Assembly: GCA_002269645.1 (NCBI GenBank)
Contig: NIVC01000851.1
Span: 124,001-188,000, forward strand
Direction: 5' to 3'
Length of the DNA stretch: 64,000 bases
Source of the DNA: Macrostomum lignano
Taxonomy: Eukaryota
A model generated the notes under the pieces. That model did not search any database. It was not told the DNA's origin and worked only from the letters and a program-made list of their open reading frames with translations. The first letter of the stretch is position 1, and the number at the start of each line of letters is the position of its first letter. Shown piece after piece: positions 11,954 to 23,000 of this stretch. The position numbers were made by a program, and so were the translations under genes.

Positions 11954-12567
11954 TATTATGGCAAACATAGTGGCAAATAGCCTTGCCCTTGGGAAATGAC
12001 TATCTTAAAAACTTAAAAACATATTTTTAAGAGACTTTGTGTCTTGAATTAACTTAATAATAATAACAAGCCTTAGCCATTAGGCTTAGGGCCTATAAAT
12101 ATGAAATAAGAGATTTAGCAATAGCATTAAGTACATTTAGATTTAGCTAAAATACAAGCTTGCCTTTCTTTTTTCCCTATTTCTAAAAAGAAGTGCTTAT
12201 CCCCATTCCCATAGTCCCGTGCTAACAATTCCAATTTTATCCATATTCCATATGGATCTGTGTCAATAATTTCCAGCTTATCCCATGGCTAAGCCGCTAA
12301 GATTATGCAGATTGTTTGTGTTTAGTTTTGTGTACTGACATTAAATTAATATTGTCATTATTATTTTTAATATTATCATTAGGCCTATTAATATATATTA
12401 AATTTCAAATTTTGCAAGTCTCATTCACCCTAATCTTTGGGTTGTTTGTTTATTCTAAACAAATCCAGCAGCTAAGCAAATATTAAAAATTAGGCCCCTA
12501 ACCCTTTTTAATGTCAAAAGGTTTTTAACAAAGACTGACAAAGTATGCAATATCATTCAGTATTCAA

Positions 12568-13247
12568 CAATGATGGGCATGGCCACTAGCGCTGCTAAAT
12601 TTGAATTCTGCTAAGCCTAAAGCACTGCTAACATTTTGTTAGTGCCACTAATTTTGCTAAATTGAAATTCCAATTAGCGCGCTTGGCGCTTTCAAAGCAC
12701 CACTAATATTTTTTGAAAATTGCTAATTGTGCTAAAGTCATTTTTTGTTATAAAACTAAATGGTTAGGCCTAATGACTGTTTAATACTTAAAATGAGACC
12801 CTATTTAAGTAATAAGTTAAAGATTACATAAATCTACCTATATTAAATCTAATGTTTCTAATTTTCTTAGAAATGCTAAACAAAATTTGAATTTCTTTTT
12901 TTGCTTTCATTATCAACAATTGATCTTGTTTTTGTTATTGACTTTTAAAAGTTTTCTTACTACTTTTAATTTCTTAGCAAAAAGTTATTGATTAATTTAA
13001 TTTAATTTAAAAACTTAATCAAAGAATTCAACGTTTAACTCAGTTGATATTCTAAGCAATGATGCAAAGCAACAGGCTATATCAACAGGGTGATAGTGGG
13101 GTTAATAAATCCTATACCACCATTTCAAGCTAATAATCTCGCTATCCTTCTTGAGTATAAGAAGGTATTGCTAATTCTTTTCTTCTATCAGTTAGTGACA
13201 GTGCTAATTAGTGGCATTCAAAATAATTTTAATGGTGCCCATCACTG
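12568..13247. mobile_element. hAT-type MITE
   Basis: TIRs CAATGATGGGCA / TGCCCATCACTG; 8-bp TSD GTATTCAA / GTATTCAG (7 of 8 match). Confidence 0.75.
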
Positions 13248-13353
13248 GTATTCAGTACATGTAGTTTATTTGGAAGATTTATAAAACAGTGAAAACAAAA
13301 AGATGGTTTTTGAACCAATTCATTTTAATGTTATTTATTCCAATAAGCTGCCA

Positions 13354-13627
13354 CATACATGCGCAACTGCTGGCCAACCTGGCCGATCTGGCCATCGTAA
13401 ATTGTTGTGGACCAGGGGTAAGTCGCAAAAATGCCCAGCCTAAAAAAATACGGAGGTAGTACTAATTAAATGATGAGGCATTTAGCCCTTATAAGACAGT
13501 CATAGTTACTCCTGCCGTTTACCCAAAATTGCGTTAGGTTTCTTTTACAGGTAACTTGGTAAGTCGCATTTTTGGTCAAAAAGTAAGTCGCATGGCCAGT
13601 GTAAATCAGGGGGGTTGCGCATGTATG
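13354..13627. mobile_element. P-superfamily-like MITE (274 bp)
   Basis: Perfect 14-bp TIR CATACATGCGCAAC; perfect 8-bp TSD AGCTGCCA; three internal GTAAGTCGCA motifs. The superfamily is inferred from CAT...ATG ends plus the 8-bp TSD. Confidence 0.75.
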
Positions 13628-15186
13628 AGCTGCCATGGGGATAAGCTAAAAATTATCAACATGGATCTGTATGGATAAAATTGAAATTATTGGCATGGGA
13701 CTGTGGGGATAAGCATTTCTTTTCTAGAAATCCTTGAATCCCCTTGATTCAATATTAGGCTTAAGCTAAATAGCCAAGTAGCATTTCAAGCATGCTTAGG
13801 CTTAGGCACAAACAACCATAGACCTAGATACCATAATAACTAGGATATTATAGTATCTATAAGCACAATTTTAGGAATCACTTGAGCATTTTATTGGCAA
13901 CACATATGCCCTATTGGAATATATGGACAAAATGTGTCTAACCATTTGTCGCAATTTTGGAATTTTCTAGTAGTCGCATTGTGGCTAGAGTCATAGCAGG
14001 TGGTATTGTAGCATGGTACAGTTTTTGGGTAAATGGCAAGCATAATTATAACTATCTTATTAAGGCTAAATGCCTTATTATCTAATTAGTATTACACTTG
14101 CATTTAGTATGAAAGTTAATATGTTTTGTGTTATATTGTATTTTAGAACTACAATTTAGACCCTATGTTGTGTTTATAGGTTTTTTATACTTATTTGAAT
14201 AGGGCATGACATGTAAATCACTATTAAACTTGAACAAAATAGTAGTCACACAACTACTCTTAACCAATAGTTACATACATATGTTTGTTGCAAATAGAAA
14301 CAGCTGGCTGATTTCCAAGGTTGCTTATGTATGATTTTAAGCAAGTAGTTCTAATAAGCACAATCATAAAAATGTTTAAAGTTCTTAGGCCAAATTTAAA
14401 TTAAAAAATCCAAAAAATCTATATTGTTTAAAATTTAAAAAAGAAAAGCTTTTTTATAACTTAAAATAAAAATGACTCTAAAGTTTGGTCAACTATGACA
14501 ATGTATTCTTATGATCTTATATATTGTAACTTTATACTTATCATTACCTTAGGATCAAACTTTATTTAGGCATTACATAAGGCCCTATATGATTTACCAT
14601 TTTTAGAGTATCTATATGGTTTTTAGATTAGTTTTAATAAGGAAATTTCTAGCATATCTACAAATTTATATATTTTATTCAAATTAGTGCCATGGTACAA
14701 GGGGTGTCTCAGAAGTAGTGTTACTTTTACTTGTTTCCACAGGCACAAGTATTAATGCGTGTTAAAAAAATCATATGCCTTAAAAGTTAGCAGCTTATTT
14801 TAGCTTTAATGCCACAAAAGTCCAATTTCTATAAGTGCTTCCTGCTGTAAGCAGCATGCATTTGTTTGCATACCCTCAGCCATAGAAATACACACTGCAT
14901 AGTGCTTCTATTCTCACTCAAAAAAAAGCCACAAGTATAGCTGATCAAGCACATAGTACTCTTATGGACAGTCAGGGCTAAGAGGAATTTGTCTATCTTT
15001 AGCTCTACTGCAGTGAAGCAGTCCAACAACCTGTTTCACTCTTTTGAAAGCATTTTAAAGTGCCTTTAAGTAAAACTTTGTTTAAATATCAATGGTATGA
15101 CTAATTTAGTAGAGTTGTATTGCACCTCTTTTTCATATTTTTCCCTTTTAAAAACTATGCCGCATTGCCAGTCTTATTGACTGCCA

Positions 15187-15334
15187 TGGGAGCACAAGAA
15201 TTTCCCGCAGGAATTTTTCCCACCAAGCTTTCCCCGCACGAGTTTTTCCCAAAAATTTTTCCCAAAACTCGGGGAAAACTCATGTGGGGAAAGCTCGGTG
15301 GGAAAAATTCCTGCAAGAAATTCTCATAGACCCA
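15187..15334. mobile_element. Small foldback element
   Basis: Nearly the whole element is an inverted repeat (GCAGGAATTTTTCCCACC..AGCTTTCCCC / GGGGAAAGCT..GGTGGGAAAAATTCCTGC), flanked by the direct repeat ACTGCCA(T). Confidence 0.65.
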
Positions 15335-15375
15335 ACTGCCATCTCCCTTATCCACTGGTAAACTGCAGAGTAAAA

Positions 15376-16165
15376 TAGTGATAGATCAAAATTATTTTTC
15401 AAATCAAAATTGAAATCAAAATTTTTGGTTCCTTAGAATCAAAATCGAAATTGAAATCAAAATCAAAATTTTTGAGCTTAACAAATTTTTACTTTTTCGC
15501 TAATCATGCAAAAAGGTTAACACCTTGCCTCTGCATGTATGAGCTTACATGTTTTATAAAAAGTATCTTTGATATGTTTAAACCAGAATACTTAAGATTT
15601 AACTTACTTTAAAAATACAAAATAGAAAATGCTGGTGTATTATGTATTATACACTTGTACATAGAAATATAGTAGAAGTTGTATTATACTTCACTGCTGT
15701 TTAAGCTGAAGATCTAGATACGAGTAGCCTAAATCCATTTCATTAAGGCTTTAAGTCTTTAGCCAATTAAAATCCATGCCAATGAGTTCAGCCAGTAGGC
15801 TTGTGGAGGTTGAGGTGGGTGCAGCACAAGGCCTGGAACAGTGTGTGCCCCGCACAATCTTTCTTGTAGAAAAGGCGATTCTCACCTCCCCACTGAGTCT
15901 TTGAACCGCACTTCCTTTCACTTCCTATAGATTTTCTTTCTCGTGTAGCATGATCATCAATGTCAAAATTGTTAAAATATAACCAAAATTTCGAAATGAT
16001 TTTCGATGAATGGTGTCGAAATTCGAAATCGAAATCGAAATTATTTTGATGCAAAATTAGTTTCAAAATTCGGAATATCGAAATCAAAATCGAAATTATT
16101 TTGATGCAAAATTAGTTTCAAAATTCGGAATATCGAAATCAAAATCGAATTTCGATCCATCACTA
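15376..16165. mobile_element. hAT-type MITE
   Basis: TIRs TAGTGATAGATCAAAATT / AATTTCGATCCATCACTA; perfect 8-bp TSD GAGTAAAA; subterminal AAATCGAAATC repeats. Confidence 0.82.
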
Positions 16166-16799
16166 GAGTAAAAGTTATTCCAAAATACTCTGCAATGTAT
16201 GTACTCTGCAGGTATGTATACTCTGCCCTATTGGCTGACCCTTGGTCTGGGGAAATGAGTAGGGTGAGCGGTGCAAACAACAGAAAAAGCAGACAAGCTT
16301 CACATGCTTACAGTTTATGTTCTCATTGGGTTATAGAGTTGAGACTTTACAATAATTAGACTGAGAATAAGTCAATAAATAATTGTGTCAAGTTTGAAGT
16401 CAATTGCTTTACGTGGAGCAAACTTATGGCAGCCAAAAGTTAGTCAATTTTAAAACCCCTTTTCCACATCTTGCCAGATAAGGGAAGGAAAGAGAGGCGG
16501 AGTTTGGGTTAGCTAGCTGCCTTGCTTACAAAAACAGCCTAACTTTAAAAGTGCACAGTGCCGTTCAGGATTAACTCTGAGACTCGAAATTTTATATGAT
16601 TGTGTCAAAGTGGTTGAAGATTGTTTTTGTCATATTTGAAGAGAATTAGTAAAAGTGGAGCGACGCTATAAAGAATTTAGTGAAAAGAATCGTGCTTAGC
16701 ATTTTTTAAGTAGGAAGAGCTTCGGAGAGAAGGACTGAAGGCAGAGGCCTTGGTGCTCCTCTAACCAATGATGTTTACCATGGTCCATTTGTTGGCCTC

Positions 16800-17731
16800 C
16801 TTGCCAAAAGCATGCAATTTATCACTGGTGACATTATTGGTCACACAGTGTATGCGCTATGCCTGAATGACCCAAATGCTTTCCCACCCACTGACTGTTG
16901 GGTGAGCCTCACTGGTGCAACGCTGAAACTCTCCTGTTCTGGCAATGGCATCTGTGGGGGCAGCGTCATATTGTCTAGCAGCGGGGGTGGTGACACGTTG
17001 CTATGGTGGTGAAAAACTTATGCAGCTCATTCCTGTGCTTGTCCACAGAGTTGCCTGCCAGGTTTAGCAGAAAGCGCCACTTTTGCCCTAGATCAGAGCG
17101 TTGATGGTGGACTATGCCTGCAATCCCTGGCATCACATAGTGGCAGCAATGGTCCAAATGGCATTGTCAAAAGCAGCCTACTCGCGCTACAGATAGACAG
17201 CTGCCAAGGCTTTCTCTGCTTTGTGGGTTGGTTGCCTGCTTTAGTGTAGCCTCTTGAGTTCTTCTCTCGCTTGTTGAATTGCGGGGTTATTCTGCTATAT
17301 CAATTGCCCACATTGGGTTGTCGCATCAGTGGGACTGTCCATTCTGTGGTAGCTCCACACTCAGTATCCTCAGGCACCTCCACACTTACCACCAAGTGCA
17401 TTGATGAAAGCATTAGCAAAGAAGCTTGTGTATGTGTTAGCATTCCTGAGCACGTGGTAGTGGCGCCCCAGTGGTCACTGCTGGATGGTAGATCAGATTG
17501 CAAAGACAGATTGAAGACAAGGAGTCGATGATTGGACCATAGAGCCAGCGGCGTGATGTCGTGGCGTTGGCGGCACTCATGAAGGTGCACAAGCAAATGA
17601 TTAAGTTGCACTTGCCTCCGTGTTGTGCTCCAGCCATGTGCGTTCTTCCATCTGCGCTTGCAGCCCACAAAAGTTACAATGGTTGAATGAAGGTTATAAT
17701 GTGCTTTGACCGTGACCACAATAGGGCACAT
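16800..17731 (-). pseudogene. Degenerate coding remnant, possibly a MULE-type transposase
   Basis: GC-richer island with broken minus-strand frames (CPIVVTVKAH..., YVMPGIAGIVHHQRSDL...) loosely resembling MULE domains. No intact ORF or TIR found. Confidence 0.3.
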
Positions 17732-18075
17732 GGATAGTAATAGTGTAGAGTAAGCACTCTAATTATATATTATCTGTGAATTAGATGAAATCAATATTTT
17801 TTAGATTAAAGAAGGTTGAGATTTTAGCTATTCTTTTATCTTAATTTCTAGAATTTCAAGATAATAAGATTGAAATCAAGATATTGGGTTTATAGAAATG
17901 AACATCCATCGAAGTGCAAAAGAATGTTTCATTCATCTGTAAAATCCTGTATTAGTGTACAAATTTTCTTTGTACTAGTTACTTGTGTCATAATTCAATT
18001 TTACTGCATTAACTTGTTAATAACATTGCAGAGCTACACCTGTTCTGTAGAGCCATACAATAAAAGGCCTCGTCT

Positions 18076-18546
18076 ATGACAGAGAAATCGGAACAGTTAG
18101 AAGCAGCTCAAAGCAGACGCAGACAAGAGGCAATTGATGCCATCTCCAAAGAGTCAGAGCGTCGAAAATGTTGCGCAGAAGTTTCTGGAGTGTCCGGTTG
18201 GATTCGACCGCGCCTGACTGTCAATCAGACTTTTCTGAGGCGCACCCTGGGCTCTGCAATTGTTTCAAACTGCCGAAGTTCTCAAACAGGACCAGGTAGG
18301 CTTGAAAAACGGCCAGGTCACCCAGAGACACGTGAAAGATCTACAAAACGCGTGAGAACGTCGGATTACCCGGATCAAAGGTGCAAAATCTCCTCGGATA
18401 AGCTTTACAGAAAGCGAGAGGATACGTTGAATGAGGAAGCAGTACTTTCAAAACATACAAGATTGTCATCTGCTGGGCTCCAATCAGACTCAGATACAGT
18501 CAAGGATACTAGACCCACTGGTCATCGGAAGTTACCTAACATGTAA
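18076..18546 (+). CDS. POLR1D isoform-2-like protein (not RPAC2), single exon, 156 aa
   Basis: AIDAISKESERRKCCAEVSGVSGWIRPRLTVNQTFLRRTL aligns with recalled human POLR1D isoform 2 AIEELLKEAKRGKTRAETMGPMGWMKCPLASTNKRFLINTI; basic low-complexity C-terminus. Confidence 0.7.
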   Translation: MTEKSEQLEAAQSRRRQEAIDAISKESERRKCCAEVSGVSGWIRPRLTVNQTFLRRTLGSAIVSNCRSSQTGPGRLEKRPGHPETRERSTKRVRTSDYPDQRCKISSDKLYRKREDTLNEEAVLSKHTRLSSAGLQSDSDTVKDTRPTGHRKLPNM

Positions 18547-18839
18547 CATGCTAATACAAAACTAAGATATCGTGATAGTCTATAAATGTCTGTGTTCGGG
18601 TTTTTCATTTCCATTGTAAATTTCTAATGTGCCCTGTGAATGAATACTTGGGAAATTGTGCTTTATTTGTGTAACAAATATACTGCTGTTACTACTTTCA
18701 GTGTCTTTACTACGTTTAGCAATACAAAAACGAAGATTCAAGTTTTGATAATCTGATTTTTTGTGTCAGTCACAGTGCTGTTTTGGATCCTTCGTCTCAA
18801 ATAGAATGTCAAATGGAAAACCAGAATTGCCAGCTGCCA

Positions 18840-19410
18840 GGATTTTAGCACGAATTTTCGCGTAGAAATTAAGTATGTCGCCCATCTCCGGCCAGAGCAT
18901 CGGCCAGGTGCCAACGGAGCCGCCATCAGGCCTGATAGCGCGGCGCAACCAGGCTGGCGACTTACAGGGGACGAAGTAGTCAGGAGGCCTCTTTAATGCG
19001 CGTTGCAAAAAGCTCCGCGCCAGTGCTGGTCGGACCCACCAGGACTCGCGGCCTTCCAAGCCGGAGCCTCGAGGGCCAGTGATTTCTCACAACTCGGCTT
19101 CCCGCAATGCACGCACAATGGGCACGCACCCAAGGAGACAAGTCGGCCGCATCTTCAAAACAATTGCAGATTCGGGTCGCCACCTTCAATGCCCGCACTC
19201 TCAGTCAGACATGGAGACTGCAGGAGCTGACAAGGCAACATCTCCATCCTGGCAGGTCAAGAACATCGGCGGCAGAACCCTGACGAGACTGTGGATCTGG
19301 CCTAAGCTGGCAATTCAAGGCTGCCCCAGCCACTCCACAGGAAACTGGAGGTATCGGCTTCCTGCTGTCGCCCGCCGCATCCAGAGCGCTGCTGGACATC
19401 AGGTATTTAT
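18840..19410 (+). mobile_element. 5' fragment of a non-LTR retrotransposon (RTE-like): UTR plus broken APE N-terminus
   Basis: LQIRVATFNARTL..WRLQELT followed by a frameshifted ILAGQEHR, typical of the start of an APE domain; GC-rich leader upstream. Confidence 0.55.
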
Positions 19411-20028
19411 CTACGTGCCAATAAACTCTAAAGAATGTTACGTTTAAAGTATGCTAATACGGGTGGTTGAAGTAGATGGAATGTTTAATATTGATGTGTT
19501 ATAGAAAAATGAAGATGATGGGAGAAGTTATGAAAAAATAATTTTGTTGATTTAGTTACACAATAAATGGACTTAATAAGCAGAGGTCAAATGTAGTCAT
19601 AGGCAATATACATAATTTGAAGCGAATGGTAGATAAAAAGTAATGTACAGATAATTCGTGTGTTGGTAACGTTATCACTATCAGTGCGTAATTATTGGGA
19701 ACCACTGCAGTCCGGAGTCTGTGACTGCTTTGTTAGTGATTGTTGGAGCTTATCAGAAATTTTATAAAAAAAACAATCGACTGTAGTGCGACGCAAAATA
19801 TTTGTTAAAAATAAAATACCAAAAACATTTGCGCCCATGGAACAGCTTTGGAGCAGGTCACAGCCGGCCGCGAGGGCCGCGAACACCAGAAATGAGACCT
19901 CTTAAAGCTTCCGATTCACTGAACAATAAAAAGAAACAATAAGTATTGGTAATTCACAGTCGCTTGTGCTGCAACCTTTATTTCGCTCCTAATCTGTGTT
20001 TTAGTCTTTTAAGATTATGTCCCCATCT

Positions 20029-23000
20029 TCAAGCCTGCACTAGATTTTCGGGTTGATCCACGCGACTCTCACCGTCTTGAATGAAGAAAGTCACTGCGGA
20101 CGTTGAAGAAGTTGACGCCCAGTTAGTGCTGTTGCTACATGCAACTGTTAGGCGGTCGCTGTCTCGGCGGCGACTTCTATGCGTCTTAGCCGTCTTTGGT
20201 GTGGGACCCCAGAATCGGCTGCCGAGGCTCAACGAACCGCCCGGATTTCCATGCTCCTTGATGCGCCTATGAAGCAACCCTGAGCCTGTTGCAGCTGTGG
20301 TGCTGGCATTTCTTGTCACAGATGGTGAAGAGGCCATGTGGCCTCTCCGCCGGTGAAATGACAGCTCCGATAAGCGAACGCCGTTGCTGTCCCCGTTGGG
20401 TCTGTCTGTTTTCTTTGCTGAAGTTCGCGACCAGCAGCATTGGCAGCATCCAGCACGATAGTCCTCGTCTCTTTCGCCATTATTTTCTTCTTCAGCGCCA
20501 GTGGACGTGGAGTTCTCTATTGCGACAGTGGAGACGGGTTCAAAGCCTGGTGGGCGCCATCGCTGACGGCGGCGCTGACGCTGGCTGCTGCGCTTCTTCA
20601 TCAACTGACCGAGGCTGCGCGTGTTGGCGCCACGAAACTCGCCAACGGCTGCTGCTGCCGTAGCAGCCGCCGCCATCGCCGCTGCCACCGATTCCTCGCG
20701 TGGCGGCACCAGCGACTGAGTGCGCTTGTCGAACATCAGGCTGGCGCCGATGTCGTGTTCAACCAGATCAGCTCCGAGCTCTTCGTGCTCAATGGACACG
20801 CGCAGGCCCATGATGAGGTCGATAGCCTTTAAAAGTAGGAATGATGTCACAGCCGTCCAGCCAACTATGGCGAGTACGGCGACAGTCTGGATGCCTAGCA
20901 ATTTGAAGCCGCCACCCTAAATTTTTAAGAGATGAACATTTTTCAACGCTGTACTTCTCTTAATTGTACAATAGTTTAACTCACATAAAAGAGTCCGTCG
21001 TGTCTAGTGGTGATTCGAAGCACAGACCAATCTGGATCCTGGTGCGCCATCAGGCCAGGTGTGAGCAAGCTCCACACCGCCGCAGAGAAGTGTACCGCAA
21101 TCACTCCTGAAAGGTTTGTTTGCTTAGTACGAGTTATTTTGTCCGACATCAGATGTACGATCGCAATGCATAGCATTCATTAGCAATACCTAACCTACCA
21201 ACTGGATCGTCGATCTGCAGCTTGAGGACCACATTCTCGGTTAGGCATGCCAGAAGGGCGCCCACCACACCAATGAGGAAGCCCTGCCAGGGCTCTGCCA
21301 GCGCACACATCGCTGCATTTTGATGAAATTCGGGTAAAACAGCTATGGATAACCTTGCCATTTTTATACACTGGTTGTCAAACTATACAGTAGCAAAAAA
21401 GCATGTGAATCGCACCTGTGATGGCCACCAGACTAGCCAAGATGCTATTCACGATTAGGCTGATGTGAAACTTCCGTCGGCGAGTCAGGTAACTGAATAT
21501 CATGCCAACCATGCCGCCGCCCATTGAAGCAATGATTGTGGAGACTGCAGATCTACATACGGTTGAGATACGGTGATGGTTTACACTTAATGTTTCTCAC
21601 TGAACTTGTTGACCTGTGATTACGGGGGTGTTTTTATAGCCCCAGACTTTACAATTCCAAAAGTGGTCATTTGACTTCAGAACTTGATTTTTGATGGGAC
21701 AATTGAAAAGTGTCGTATCACTGTGCCATACAATAGCGTGCAAAAATAGGGAATATGAAGTTGCTTTGTCTTGCATGCCTTAAAAATATCTGGATACAGA
21801 TGTAGGTGTCATAGGGAAGTAAATTTTCAGAAGTATGAAATTAAGGGACATGTAGTTTTTAAGTCGGATGTCATTGCAAGATATGAAATTAGAGTAGAAA
21901 ACGCTCCCGTGCTAAACGTATTTTCAGATTCCCAAATTTCGACAAATAAAGGCTATACAAGCATACTTGTACGAGTATCAGAAGTCGCTTAGGTTAACCA
22001 GTTTCTGTCTTGTATTTGGTATTCAGAAGGAAATTACAGTAAAAAAATATAAAGCCGCAAACCTTGCCGCAAGTTTCCACTTTTCGCCACTGATGCCGAA
22101 GGTTGAGCCGCAGTTGAAGCCCAACCAGCCCCACCTGCACGGATGAAAAATTGAACCAATGCATATATTAAGTATTCTGTTTCGCGTATTAGAGTTTTGA
22201 CTCTAAGCTAAATCATTTATGCACTATTATAAGTTGACTTTTAAAAGTCATTCGCGGCCTTGAAACTGTGCTGTTGGCATGTGCTTTACCCGGGTTCATA
22301 GAAACTTTAAATCGATTCATTTATGGTGCATTATTGTCACAGGTTTAATATCCACTCCTACTGACAAGGGCACGCTTCGACCAAAGACTAAGGCTGCCCA
22401 TATATTTCTAAGTACAAGCAATTGTATATCCGATCACTATAGAACAGCATGTTAAAAACGAGCAACTCAGCCAGCTCCCTCATTACAGGTACATGGCAGA
22501 AAGGCAAAAGCAAGCAGCAAGTGAACACAAACGCCAGCTAGAGGCTGAACTAGCCAAAATGCAAATGAAAAGGGCCGACAGGCGCTGCCAGAGCCTAGAC
22601 TCACCAGAGCATGAACATTCCCAACAGAGCGTTGGTCGGGCTGCCCATCTGTGGAAAACTATCGGAGAATCTGTGCCGCCTCGGCTTCAGCATTAGAGTC
22701 GCTACCATGCCGGTTGTGCCGCCCACCAAGTGCACCGGTCCGGCGCCGGCTATGTCCATGCAGCTCATCTCGTACAGGAAGCCTTCCTCGGCCCACATCC
22801 AGTGCGCCGGGAAGCAAAAGATGAAGGTGTTAAAAAAGCTGAATAGCATGTAGGACTCGAGTTTTGTCCGCTCAGCCATCGCTCCGGACACAATCGTTGT
22901 CGAGGTTGTCGCAAACGACGCCTGAAAGAAGAATTTGGAGTACAGCCAGCCCGTGTCGTTCCTGTGCGCCATCACCATGAAGTTGCCCCAGCCGCAGAAC

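Larger units (their letters stand above)
12180..13730. mobile_element. Non-autonomous TIR element, copy 2, interrupted by two nested MITEs
   Basis: Termini ATTTCTAAAAAGAAGTGCTTATCCCC / GGGGATAAGCATTTCTTTTCTAGAAAT. After removing 12568-13255 and 13354-13635 it aligns in inverted orientation with 9421-10020. Confidence 0.6.

Noticed and set aside
18840-19160. HDV-like or hammerhead ribozyme in the RTE-like leader
   Set aside because: I could not place P1/P3/L3 or a CUGANGA/GAAA core by eye; a covariance-model scan would be needed.
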